A stretch of DNA of 49,830 nt. It comes from a virus. Its lineage: Duplodnaviria; Caudoviricetes. The position numbers and the translations under genes were made by a program. Positions 36,420 through 45,271 of the stretch are shown here, piece after piece (positions within the stretch are counted from its first letter, which is position 1; each line of letters starts with the position of its first letter). Under the pieces are notes generated by a model. The model did not search any database, was not told where the DNA came from, and saw nothing but the letters and a program-made list of their open reading frames with translations. The DNA lies in IMG/VR virus record IMGVR_UViG_3300017778_000538, positions 1-49,830 of that record; one strand, 5' to 3'.

Positions 36420-37006
36420 CTTATGTACAGCCTTTGGTTTATAGAAGCCCTGACGTAACCTTCATCGTTAGAAGTCACCGCCGAAAGAGCATGTAACTCA
36501 AAACTTGGAAAAATTAAACAGGAATTATCCTCCAAGTGCGGTGTGTAGTCATGTTTTGGAAATGTTAACTTGCCGCCTTCAAAGTCTTTGCCTAGAAAAA
36601 TGGGGTATAGCATGGTCACCACTGCAGCATCTTGATGGGCAAAGTAGCTACTCCCGTTTTTATAAAGCTGCAAAAACGTGTTGTCGTGATTGCTTGTTGG
36701 TATATAGCCTATAAAAGGGTTGTCTTTACTATGCAGCACTCCTTGATTGCATAGGTTAAAAATTTCTCTAGTAAAGGAAATTATCTTGCTTTTATTCCGG
36801 TCTTCTACAAAAAAGTCATCTAGGCCAAGAGATAAAGTGTGAGACGTATTACGCAGTTGCGCGTGGTGTACGTCTTTTGGCTCTGTAGCTTCAATCGTAG
36901 GAACTAACGAAAGCGCTTCTTGTTTTATTTCATTCAACGCCTTGGCGTCAAAAAAATTGTAAATGATGGTGTGATGAAACGGGTGTTTCAAGTGCTGAAT
37001 TATCAC
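36416..37006 (-). CDS. 2OG-Fe(II) oxygenase (prolyl-hydroxylase-like)
   Basis: HQD...FEGGKLTF...IFPS..LH....V...R.S. Confidence 0.88.
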   Translation of the reverse strand: MIIQHLKHPFHHTIIYNFFDAKALNEIKQEALSLVPTIEATEPKDVHHAQLRNTSHTLSLGLDDFFVEDRNKSKIISFTREIFNLCNQGVLHSKDNPFIGYIPTSNHDNTFLQLYKNGSSYFAHQDAAVVTMLYPIFLGKDFEGGKLTFPKHDYTPHLEDNSCLIFPSFELHALSAVTSNDEGYVRASINQRLYIR

Positions 37007-37413
37007 TTCTTGCTCCGCATTTCCATGATTTTCTCAAGCGTGCGACCCCCAAAATACGCCGACATGACTAGCATGCCCCACTGCCCTAGCAGTTCAACGT
37101 AAGACGCTTGCGCGTTGTACCCAAAGGCGCTCATCAGTGCAAACAAAAAGTAAGCAATAAAAATGGCAACTAAGGCCATAGGGCGAATGTTCTTTGACAA
37201 CCAAGAATCGGATGACATATCCGCATCCCAGCGTTCAGACACGCCAGCTTGCTCAGTCTTGTAAAGGTCAGTCTCATTAGCCATCTTTGCCAGTTCACCG
37301 CTTTGGGCAAGTGTGGCAAGTTCGAGTTGGGCTTTGGCCTTGGCCTCTGGGTCGGGGATGAGCTTGTCTATGAGCTTACCGCCGACTGCTAGTAGTCCTG
37401 TGATGTCAAACAT
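37003..37413 (-). CDS. Holin-like protein (GTA 3TM holin type)
   Basis: KLIDKLIPDP, RW.ADM.SDSWL.KNIRP and YFGGRT.EK with TM segments. Confidence 0.8.
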   Translation of the reverse strand: MFDITGLLAVGGKLIDKLIPDPEAKAKAQLELATLAQSGELAKMANETDLYKTEQAGVSERWDADMSSDSWLSKNIRPMALVAIFIAYFLFALMSAFGYNAQASYVELLGQWGMLVMSAYFGGRTLEKIMEMRSKK

Positions 37414-37425
37414 ATTTTTTCCTTT

Positions 37426-37974
37426 CTATGCTTCTACTTTTGGGGGTATAGGGTTAAAACTAATAGTAACTGTAAATCTATTCTGTGGGCCAATACTCGA
37501 CTGGGGGTTAATGGCGTGGGGAATAGTTGCATCAAAAACAACAATTCGTCCGGGTGTGTACCTAGAGGCATAAATTATTTCAGAACAATCGTCGTTGTAA
37601 AACATTGTTTCTCCCCGCCATTCAGGAAGCCAATCTAAGTTTGCGTAGTACAAAACAACTGTTTCCCCTGTAGGGTGGGTGTGGGCAAAGTTTATATCCC
37701 CTGTATGGGTTAAATTTATAACGCACCTAGTTAACTCTTTGCCCTCTACAAGTGGAGCAATTTCTGGTGATGAGAGAATTACATTTCCTAGCCCACATGC
37801 TATAAGTTCTTCTTTGGTGTACCGCGAGTGCAGGTACTTGTAGGCAGATTTTGGGCCAATACTAGAATCAGGCCATCCAATACGGAAAGCGCTACCCATA
37901 ATGTACGTAATAATTTGATTGCGCAACGTAGCGTTTACAAGCCCATCAAAAATATCAACGCATGCAACTTTCAT
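37426..37974 (-). CDS. 2OG-Fe(II) oxygenase, HxH variant
   Basis: HTH...LYYAN.DW..EW.GET.FY...PGR.VVFD..IPH...RFT; start moved to 37974. Confidence 0.82.
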   Translation of the reverse strand: MKVACVDIFDGLVNATLRNQIITYIMGSAFRIGWPDSSIGPKSAYKYLHSRYTKEELIACGLGNVILSSPEIAPLVEGKELTRCVINLTHTGDINFAHTHPTGETVVLYYANLDWLPEWRGETMFYNDDCSEIIYASRYTPGRIVVFDATIPHAINPQSSIGPQNRFTVTISFNPIPPKVEA

Positions 37975-38444
37975 AGTTTTCCTTTCATTGCAATAATCCC
38001 CCAAGCAACCAAAGTAAAAATGGCTGCGGCTACTAGTACGCAAAGACCCATTGTGATGGCTTCGTCAATCTCTGCCTTGCGGTTCTTAGCCGCTTTAGCA
38101 TCCAGTATCTCCTGCACTTTCCTGCGCTGCACAATCGAGTTGCGCTCTAAAACAATCTGTGTCCACAAGGCGCTATGGCCTTGGTTGATAAAGTGCCACT
38201 TCAACTCTTCCTCGGCTTTATTCAGTTCATGCAGTTGCATGACCGTAGACATTGCTTGGCTGGTGTCTGAACTGTACTTCTTTTTTGGGTCTTTTATTGC
38301 TTCCTTGGCTACTTTATCTTTTGCGTCAAAAAACTTCATCACGTCATTCGTGATGCCTTGGACATCCTTGCCCATTTTTATAGCAGCTTGGATTCCTTTT
38401 ATAGCACCCTGTGCTACAGCAAAAGCGGTTAGGGGGTCAATCAT
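37971..38444 (-). CDS. Coiled-coil protein with a C-terminal TM segment
   Basis: MIDPLTA N-terminus and hydrophobic C-terminus. Confidence 0.8.
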   Translation of the reverse strand: MIDPLTAFAVAQGAIKGIQAAIKMGKDVQGITNDVMKFFDAKDKVAKEAIKDPKKKYSSDTSQAMSTVMQLHELNKAEEELKWHFINQGHSALWTQIVLERNSIVQRRKVQEILDAKAAKNRKAEIDEAITMGLCVLVAAAIFTLVAWGIIAMKGKL

Positions 38445-38613
38445 GGCGCTCTTTCTTAATCACCTCCACAACCCAACGGCACACCCTCCCGTCTTTGTCT
38501 AAAAACTCGTTTGCCCCGTACTTCTCGCTCGGCAGTACGACGCGGCACACCAACACGATTTTTGTCTCGGTATTGGGCCACGGTATCTGAGCAGAAGCAA
38601 GTGCATCAAGCAT
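38437..38613 (-). CDS. 58-aa hypothetical protein (not in the ORF track)
   Basis: Translated by hand: MLDALASAQIPWPNTETKIVLVCRVV...GRVCRWVVEVIKKERHD; TAATG coupling. Confidence 0.65.
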   Translation of the reverse strand: MLDALASAQIPWPNTETKIVLVCRVVLPSEKYGANEFLDKDGRVCRWVVEVIKKERHD

Positions 38614-39728
38614 TACAACCTATATTCTTTTGAGTGCATATGTATGTATGACCCTGCTCTTGGCCTTTCTGCTCGGATATTGGGGTCTGGCAGGGTAAGT
38701 TTATCACTTACTGTTGCCCTTGCGTGAGATAGCATGTCTACAAAAACGCCTTTTGCATAGGTTATTTCTGGGGAGTGAATCCACTGGTGATTAATGCTAT
38801 TAGTCCCCCACATAGCTTTTCCTGCATGAAACAAATTGCGGACACTTAAAACATGCGAGGGAAACAATTGTTCTATAGCTATATCTTGCCCACGGGGTTT
38901 TTCTGGGTTTGCCATCCAAGCCTGTTTTGTTAGCTGCGCTTGTTTAATTGCCAGCTTAGGCATATCAGGAGTCCAGTAAAACCACTCGTGATGCTGATGC
39001 GCCTTTAGTTTTTCAGACGTCTCGTTTGCTTCTGCTGGTTCAAATGAAAAAGAAGATACAGAATCATTAAAGGCAAACGTATAACCTGCGCCCTGCTTGC
39101 TAAGCACTGGTCTATCTGCCCCTTGTATGTGGGCTACATTCTTCCCCGCATCGTACAAACTTCTCCAATCTGCGTCAGTGACTGCTATAGCTACCCGCGC
39201 CAAATTAGAGGCTGAAAGGGCGCTAATTTTATAAAACTGCGATACGTAGGTGTTATTTCTTAGCAGTGTGTCAAAGACATCCTCAAAAAAAATTGTACGA
39301 ACCTTTATACCTTTACCCTCTACGTACTTTTGTAGGTGTGGCAGTGCTGCAAACTCCAACTCTGAGAACAAGTTTTTCCCAAGAACGGGGCTATTGGGGT
39401 CATGCACATAACAGCGGGGCTTGTACATGACTATTTCGTCTAAACGAATGTCGTTGTCTATAAACGCATGAAGGACATTGGTACTGTCTAAGCCCCCGCT
39501 AAAAAATAACGAAACGTAGTCGTACTTATCTCGAAGCTGTTGCGCTCGCCGCTTGTAAAGCTCGTCTATGTTTTCGGGGACAGGCACTGTCCAATCAAAA
39601 CAAGAAAATACTGCGTCATTAAAATCCCACATTACCGTTTGGTTAGTCTGCGTGGCAAAAACTAGAGCGTCATACTTGTTTAGGAAACGTAGCCCACCAA
39701 CACAGTATTCACCGTGTCTTGTAGGCAT
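38613..39728 (-). CDS. PP-loop (adenine nucleotide alpha-hydrolase) ATP pyrophosphatase
   Basis: LFFSGGLDS motif; start moved to MPTRH. Confidence 0.8.
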   Translation of the reverse strand: MPTRHGEYCVGGLRFLNKYDALVFATQTNQTVMWDFNDAVFSCFDWTVPVPENIDELYKRRAQQLRDKYDYVSLFFSGGLDSTNVLHAFIDNDIRLDEIVMYKPRCYVHDPNSPVLGKNLFSELEFAALPHLQKYVEGKGIKVRTIFFEDVFDTLLRNNTYVSQFYKISALSASNLARVAIAVTDADWRSLYDAGKNVAHIQGADRPVLSKQGAGYTFAFNDSVSSFSFEPAEANETSEKLKAHQHHEWFYWTPDMPKLAIKQAQLTKQAWMANPEKPRGQDIAIEQLFPSHVLSVRNLFHAGKAMWGTNSINHQWIHSPEITYAKGVFVDMLSHARATVSDKLTLPDPNIRAERPRAGSYIHMHSKEYRL

Positions 39729-39729
39729 A

Positions 39730-40614
39730 TTATTGCGCCGCGTATTTTGATTTAAAAGTCTGTATGACCACTTCCGCTTCTTTAGAAGACATGTACTGCG
39801 GTTTATAGCCAGCCGCACGAATTGCTTCTTGTACGCCAGCCGAAGACTGCACATTCTTGATACGTGCCTCAAATTCTTTTAAGTCAGCAGCAGAGTTTTT
39901 TGAAGATACCGAAATACCCATAATAAGCTTAGTCTTTGCGGCTGACGGGTACACCGCGCTTAGGTCAATGCCGGGCACAGTATCAGGGGCGTTAATACGC
40001 CCAAGACTTTTTAATTTACCCGCAGACACTAAAGATAAAAGCCCCGCGCCATCTGGATACAAGTCCAAAGACCCATCGTTCAATGCAGCCATTGCTTCTA
40101 GGGATGACTTATGCGCAACCCAAATTACCTTACTGTCCTTTAAGACCTCAGCGGCGGCGGTCTTTAAACCTTGCGAATGGTAACCGACGGTTATCTCTTT
40201 ACCTTGCCGAAGCATCTCAGGCAGCGTTGCAAACTTATTGCCGTTACCCGTGACAAACATAGGCCCAAGGGTAGCTAAAACCGAAACTATTTTTAAATCG
40301 TCAAACGCCGCATCGTTACCGGGATACGTTATTTTGTTGACAACGTGATCTGAAACCCCAGTAGGGCATAAGACCGAAAACTCTGGTTCCGCTTGCATGG
40401 CTTTCATAGCCATCATTCCAGTAGTCCCCGGTTTAATGCTGATCTGCGATTCTGTTCCGTAAACCCTATCGTATTCGTCAAATATGGCTTTGCAAAACGG
40501 GAGATTTACAACGTATGCACTGTAAACCTTTAGCGTCTTGGGAAGTTCAGCGTGGCTGGTTAAAGCTAGTGTGGTTAAGACCCCTGCAAGTAACTGCTTT
40601 ACTTTAAATTGCAT
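39730..40614 (-). CDS. Divergent TctC/Bug-family periplasmic substrate-binding protein
   Basis: Signal peptide ending SHA-E; KPG..G..A; HKSS.EA..AL..G.LD; LV.AGKLK.LG; C-terminal helix typical of Bug proteins. Confidence 0.75.
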   Translation of the reverse strand: MQFKVKQLLAGVLTTLALTSHAELPKTLKVYSAYVVNLPFCKAIFDEYDRVYGTESQISIKPGTTGMMAMKAMQAEPEFSVLCPTGVSDHVVNKITYPGNDAAFDDLKIVSVLATLGPMFVTGNGNKFATLPEMLRQGKEITVGYHSQGLKTAAAEVLKDSKVIWVAHKSSLEAMAALNDGSLDLYPDGAGLLSLVSAGKLKSLGRINAPDTVPGIDLSAVYPSAAKTKLIMGISVSSKNSAADLKEFEARIKNVQSSAGVQEAIRAAGYKPQYMSSKEAEVVIQTFKSKYAAQ

Positions 40615-40924
40615 TTGTCACCACGTTTACTTCAACACCCACCAACGGAATAATTGCAGCAAGTGATGTGTCTACGTTGGGATTGAGAACGTCTTCTTGT
40701 GTCTGCAACCACGCTGTAGGTGCGCGGGTCACAATAAAATCATGTAGCGCTGTCCCTGTTGGGGCTGGTACAGGTAGGTCAAAAGAGTAGTCTGTACGGC
40801 AGCGGCGAATTATGCCGTCAAGAGTGTCCGTTGATAGCATTGCTTCTGTAATGATATCAGTGTAGTACCGCACAACAATAGAATGCCCTGCGATGTTAGT
40901 TTCAATAATTTTGTATTTAATCAT
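40604..40924 (-). CDS. Adhesin-associated small protein
   Basis: ATGA coupling to the glycine-rich gene. Confidence 0.75.
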   Translation of the reverse strand: MIKYKIIETNIAGHSIVVRYYTDIITEAMLSTDTLDGIIRRCRTDYSFDLPVPAPTGTALHDFIVTRAPTAWLQTQEDVLNPNVDTSLAAIIPLVGVEVNVVTNAI

Positions 40925-41928
40925 GATGCTGTTCCATTTCTTGTTCCAAAGTTAATCCACGTAACATTAGAGTTACCCTGTACATAAGCTCCTGTTGCCC
41001 CTGCTGAACCTGTACCACCTGTACCGCCTGTAGCACCCGCAGAGCCTGTAGCACCCGCAGAGCCTGCTGCTCCCCCTGCTCCACCTGCACCGCCACCGCC
41101 AAGGTTTCCACCACCACCTGTTGAACCTGCGCCACCTGAGCCGCCGCCTGTGCCGCCTGTACCCGCATTGACTCCACCACCAGCGCCTCCAAATGGACCG
41201 CCACCAGCAACGCTGTATCCGTTACCACCAGTACCACCAGCAGTATAAATATACGAAGGGGATTTGGGGGTTCCAACATCATAATACCCACCACCGCCGC
41301 CACCGCCGCCACCACCGGACCGAACTCCAGCAGCGCCGCCCGCGCCTCCGGGACCACCTGTACCACCCGTACCGCCCGCACCGCCGGAACCTCCCGTACC
41401 GCCAGAAATGGTAGTTAGGTTGTTAATAGAGACAGGGACAGAAACGAGAATAGCTAAACCACCTGTATTACCCGTACCGCCCGTACCGCCCGTACCACCA
41501 GCAGTTCCGTTACCGCCTGTGCTACCGTTACCAGCAGCACCGCCCGCACCACCTGCATTGCCCGGTGCGGCGTATCCACCGCCGCCACCGCCGCCCGCCG
41601 CACCATTTGTCCCCGCTGCTCCTGCTCCACCGGGATTACCAGTAGCGCCAGTAGCGCCAGTAGTGCCAGTAGCGCCAGTAAAACCTTGGATTAAACCATT
41701 GTTTATCAGCGTTACTTTGTTAGGAAACGAGCCGTTAATGGTTAATGCAGTATTTCCAGCTGTGCCGCTGATTGTGTTACTAACGGGTATCGTTGCAACT
41801 AGCGGAAAAACACCATTCCACCCAGCCGCCAACGCTTGCGTTCGCAGATTTAAATCCGACCCAGTAGTTAGGTTGAAATTAAATACGGGCAGTGCCCCAG
41901 TAAGAAAAGCATTAAGTGCTGCGAACAT
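40921..41928 (-). CDS. Gp38-like polyglycine receptor-binding adhesin
   Basis: VTLINNG.IQG, GG.AI...INN...ISGG and long Gly runs, as in T-even gp38; lies directly after the fibre gene. Confidence 0.7.
   Translation of the reverse strand: MFAALNAFLTGALPVFNFNLTTGSDLNLRTQALAAGWNGVFPLVATIPVSNTISGTAGNTALTINGSFPNKVTLINNGLIQGFTGATGTTGATGATGNPGGAGAAGTNGAAGGGGGGGYAAPGNAGGAGGAAGNGSTGGNGTAGGTGGTGGTGNTGGLAILVSVPVSINNLTTISGGTGGSGGAGGTGGTGGPGGAGGAAGVRSGGGGGGGGGGYYDVGTPKSPSYIYTAGGTGGNGYSVAGGGPFGGAGGGVNAGTGGTGGGSGGAGSTGGGGNLGGGGAGGAGGAAGSAGATGSAGATGGTGGTGSAGATGAYVQGNSNVTWINFGTRNGTAS
41639..41680. repeat. 9-bp tandem repeat encoding (TGA)n
   Basis: CCAGTAGCG x4.7 with one substitution; an 18-bp duplication also occurs at 41026-41066. 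Confidence 0.8.
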
Positions 41929-42665
41929 TATGCAAACGCCTGTGCGTAAGTGCCGTACCAAGTAGAACCGATAGCAACAAATGAGAGTATGTCTACGGCT
42001 GACGCGGTTGCCGTAATGACTGGTGCTGTACCTGCATTAAACTTTACTCCTGTAAAAGTAGCAGTAGTCATGCCTGTAGCCGCTTGAGTTATCTGCAGAA
42101 TAAAACTTTTACCATTCGTTGCGGTTGGCATTGTAAATGTGCAAGGGGTTGAGGCTGTCAAGGTTGCAGTCTGCACCGTACCGTTGGTCAACGACAGTGT
42201 GCTCGAAGCCCCAACAGTGCCAATCGCAACCACAGACTCGGTGTAGTTTGTAATTGTCGGATTGTTCAAAAGCGAAACAAAATCTGATCCGTTCCAAGCT
42301 ACAAAAGCTATAGACCCTGCAGCAACTGTTACACCGGTAGTAGGCCCAGCGCCTCTTATAACTACAGGGAATCCGCCAGTTGTGATGTTTACGACTACAT
42401 ACGTTTTAGACTGCGCCGGGGCTGTGATATTTCGCAGAACTGTGCGAGCGCCTGTACACAAAAGAACTGCCTGACGTGATTGGTTAGCCGCTAAGGTTGT
42501 GGTTGTCAGGGTTACGTCTGCGTCTGTGCTAAGTGTGGTAGTGCCTGCTACAGCGGTGTCTAGCAATGCTGTCAAAGAGTTGTTGACCGTATCGCCCCAT
42601 GTACCGGACAATTCGCCCGTTACGGGGAGGGCTAGGCCCAAAAGTGCCGTTGCTGATGTTGCCAT
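41928..42665 (-). CDS. Tail fibre-like protein
   Basis: GELSGTWGDTVN N-terminal attachment motif; Thr-rich beta repeats. Confidence 0.7.
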   Translation of the reverse strand: MATSATALLGLALPVTGELSGTWGDTVNNSLTALLDTAVAGTTTLSTDADVTLTTTTLAANQSRQAVLLCTGARTVLRNITAPAQSKTYVVVNITTGGFPVVIRGAGPTTGVTVAAGSIAFVAWNGSDFVSLLNNPTITNYTESVVAIGTVGASSTLSLTNGTVQTATLTASTPCTFTMPTATNGKSFILQITQAATGMTTATFTGVKFNAGTAPVITATASAVDILSFVAIGSTWYGTYAQAFA

Positions 42666-42702
42666 AATTTACCTCAAGTTACTATTTCAACCCAATTTTG
42701 GA

Positions 42703-43515
42703 TTACACGTTATCTATATTTTGCCAGTTTGCGACCTGCATGTCATCAATTAGCTTCCAATATACCGCAATTACAACCCCTATGTCACCTGCTGCGTAGT
42801 CTCCAGTCAGCGCAAAAGACCTATTAGCCAGAGCTACTAAACCTGCGGAACCACCTGCGCTAGCGCTTGTAAGGGCCATTACCCTATCTGTAGTAACAGT
42901 TCCAACCGCGCCATTAGCTTGGTTCGACGGTAACGGAACAATAATTTGATTTACTGCCCCTAAAGCGCTAACGCCTGAAATACTTGTTACAGCCGACCCA
43001 ACTACTGTATCAACTGCTCCTGTTGCAGCTACGCCTGAAAGCGCTACAGTTCTATTTGCCTCAACAGTACCTACAAACCCAGAAGCTAAGTCTCCAAGTT
43101 TGTTGGGGTTGTTAATCTCAAGAAGCTCCCCCACTTCGCCAGTAGCCGAAACACCTGTAATAGCTACTTCATAGACAAATACTGGGATAAGACTTACGCC
43201 GCCCCAACTATTAGAACCCCAAGTATCACCACCCCAACCAATTCCAACTGCCCCTGTCGCCGCAACCCCAGTTAACGCTATGGTGTGGTCATAAGTAACT
43301 GAACCTACAAACCCAGAAGCTAAGTCTCCAAGTTTGTTGAGGTTGGTAGCCTTAACAACATCCCCTACCCCGCCTGTACCGCCTACTCCGCTTAGGGCTA
43401 CAGTTTTACTGTGCTCTACCGTGCCAACAGCGCCCGCAGCGACGACACCTGTGGTTGGAATCGCTCCGCCCCAGCCGTAATCACCCCAAGTGTCATCACC
43501 CCAGCCGAGAGCCAC
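42703..43515 (-). CDS. Repeat-rich virion structural protein
   Basis: GWG.DTWG twice and (L/I)(S/T)GV.ATG.VG repeats; GTG start. Confidence 0.75.
   Translation of the reverse strand: MALGWGDDTWGDYGWGGAIPTTGVVAAGAVGTVEHSKTVALSGVGGTGGVGDVVKATNLNKLGDLASGFVGSVTYDHTIALTGVAATGAVGIGWGGDTWGSNSWGGVSLIPVFVYEVAITGVSATGEVGELLEINNPNKLGDLASGFVGTVEANRTVALSGVAATGAVDTVVGSAVTSISGVSALGAVNQIIVPLPSNQANGAVGTVTTDRVMALTSASAGGSAGLVALANRSFALTGDYAAGDIGVVIAVYWKLIDDMQVANWQNIDNV
43069..43339. repeat. Perfect 37-bp intragenic direct repeat
   Basis: 43069-43105 equals 43303-43339 (NKLGDLASGFVG); 234-nt in-frame offset. Confidence 0.9.
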
Positions 43516-43524
43516 AAACTACTC

Positions 43525-44001
43525 TTAGGTTGTAGCCAAACGCAACAACGCAGTTGACGTGTTGTTTGTAGGCATAGTCAACGTAAATGTACCCGCAGTG
43601 ATCGTCTGTGAACCAAATGTGTGTACAGAAACCGCTTTATTACTCTGAGTAGAGTTGTAGATCAATACGGTATCAAACGCAGTGCTCAAGGTTACGGTTG
43701 TGTACGTAAGCGAAGCTGACGGTGTAAAAAACGCTACGCCTGCCGTTGCTGAACTGTTGGTTGCTGTTGGCGGCGTTGCTGCTGTTACCGTCACACCGCC
43801 TGCGGTGTAATTGGTCCCAGATACTTCTCCTGTTGCAGAGTACGCAGTGGTTGCCGCGTTATAAGTAGCTGAGGTCAGATACAGAGCCGCTTTAAATGTG
43901 TCGGTTGCGCCCGTTCCACGGGTCGGTGCAGTACCGAAATTATGGGTTGCGGTCATTAACTCGCCCATAAACGAGGTGCACATTGATTGGGTATTTGCCA
44001 T
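43525..44001 (-). CDS. Virion structural protein, paralog A
   Basis: TSF..EL...HNF, FKAALY, YTAGG and LIYN motifs shared with 44199-44612. Confidence 0.8.
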   Translation of the reverse strand: MANTQSMCTSFMGELMTATHNFGTAPTRGTGATDTFKAALYLTSATYNAATTAYSATGEVSGTNYTAGGVTVTAATPPTATNSSATAGVAFFTPSASLTYTTVTLSTAFDTVLIYNSTQSNKAVSVHTFGSQTITAGTFTLTMPTNNTSTALLRLATT

Positions 44002-44010
44002 GATATTTCC

Positions 44011-44202
44011 TTAAAAAGAAGCGGTTTCAGCGCCTGCAAAAGTGGGTATTTTCTTCAGCGTAACGTGAGCAGATCGGTGAACTAATTCACCATCCAACCA
44101 GTACTCGGTCCAAGTAGTTAACTCGTTTTCATTGTCTACAGTGCCAGAACGATGCTCCAACAAGGAATCGTCCATTTCACCTTTGGTAGTCGTAACAATC
44201 AA
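44011..44202 (-). CDS. Small conserved phage protein
   Basis: TTKG.MD...EYWLDGELVHRS.HV. Confidence 0.75.
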   Translation of the reverse strand: MIVTTTKGEMDDSLLEHRSGTVDNENELTTWTEYWLDGELVHRSAHVTLKKIPTFAGAETASF

Positions 44203-44612
44203 TTTGAACTCCTAATTAACGCTGAAGTAGCTGTATTGGCGGGCATTGTGATGGTGAACGTAGTGGTAGATGTTTTATCTGACCCAAAATCCAACACTGC
44301 AATGGACTTATTGCTTTGACTGGCATTGTAAATCAAGGCGCACCGTGCTGTCACTGCTGTTGACCAAGACGTATTAGCCCAGTTAACGTAGACCGTGTAC
44401 CCAGAAGTATTAAGCGCAACGCCTGTCATGGTGTTTCCGCCCGCTGTATAGCCTGACGCTACAACCTCATTGAGGGTGCTATATACCGTGGTATCGGCAT
44501 CAAGGTTAGCGTTTGCCGTGTAAAGGGCAATCTTGATTGTGTCCGTTAACAGATTGTGTACCGCTTGGTACACCTCTGCTTTAAACGAAGTGGTCTGGGT
44601 TTGGACGATCAT
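44199..44612 (-). CDS. Virion structural protein, paralog B
   Basis: TSFKAE, IKIALY, YTAGG and LIYN motifs. Confidence 0.8.
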   Translation of the reverse strand: MIVQTQTTSFKAEVYQAVHNLLTDTIKIALYTANANLDADTTVYSTLNEVVASGYTAGGNTMTGVALNTSGYTVYVNWANTSWSTAVTARCALIYNASQSNKSIAVLDFGSDKTSTTTFTITMPANTATSALIRSSN

Positions 44613-45268
44613 GTGACTGCCTGACGGTATTGACCGCTACGGTACGCATCCTGACGCTCAAGGCCATCGCCAAGTCGTTTAGCCAGCATTAACGCTTCTT
44701 TGTACTTGCCATCGTAAAGAGCAACCATGTCGGCTTCGCCCTTCATGTAGGTAATTGCTTCTACCAACGACCCGTAGAGCAATACGGAGTCAAAGTTGTC
44801 ACCTAGCCATGTAGTACTAGCAGTGACAATAGACTCTGGATAGTAGTAATAGTGAAGCTCTACAACGTATGTAGCATTTGGCGTTGGGCCAAGAATGAAC
44901 GAAAGCTCAGTGCTAATAACAGACCCCGAAACTGTCGGACCAAACAAAGCGTAGTACTTAGGGATAGCTGTGTCGGTTGGGGTGGGGTATGCTTCACGGA
45001 TGAAGTTAACATCTTTATTAAGTAAAAAAGAATACGCTCCAGTAGTATCGACCACAGCTAACGAGTAAGACGAAAGAAAATCTTCAGGGCAAGACAAGTA
45101 CTTGTTATTGGCTGTAATAGTCCCTGTCATGTTTTTACGCAGCGGGGGGAACTGAACGGTGTTGTAAATGCGCTGCTCTGCCTGCTTTATGAACATATTC
45201 ATATCCGCAGTTAGGAATGTGTTCTCCGTGTAATCGGAGATTGCAGTAACTAGAGCAGCGTAGTTCAT
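44609..45268 (-). CDS. Head-tail adaptor-like protein
   Basis: MNY..L..AI..Y.E, AEQRI, GPTP and LLYGSLVEA pattern. Confidence 0.65.
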   Translation of the reverse strand: MNYAALVTAISDYTENTFLTADMNMFIKQAEQRIYNTVQFPPLRKNMTGTITANNKYLSCPEDFLSSYSLAVVDTTGAYSFLLNKDVNFIREAYPTPTDTAIPKYYALFGPTVSGSVISTELSFILGPTPNATYVVELHYYYYPESIVTASTTWLGDNFDSVLLYGSLVEAITYMKGEADMVALYDGKYKEALMLAKRLGDGLERQDAYRSGQYRQAVT

Positions 45269-45271
45269 ACT

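Noticed and set aside
38613-39728. QueC and a 7-deazaguanine DNA modification pathway
   Set aside because: Only the generic SGGLDS motif is present; the QueC C-terminal Cys cluster is missing and no folE, queD, queE or dpdA-like genes are in the window.
40917-41381. Alternative-frame Val/Gln-rich ORF inside the adhesin gene
   Set aside because: It is a by-product of GGN-rich repeats that lack stops in the shifted frame; no RBS or slippery site was identified.
43069-43339. Diversity-generating retroelement template and variable repeats
   Set aside because: The repeat is short, identical and within one gene, with no pattern of adenine-specific mismatches and no reverse transcriptase in the window.
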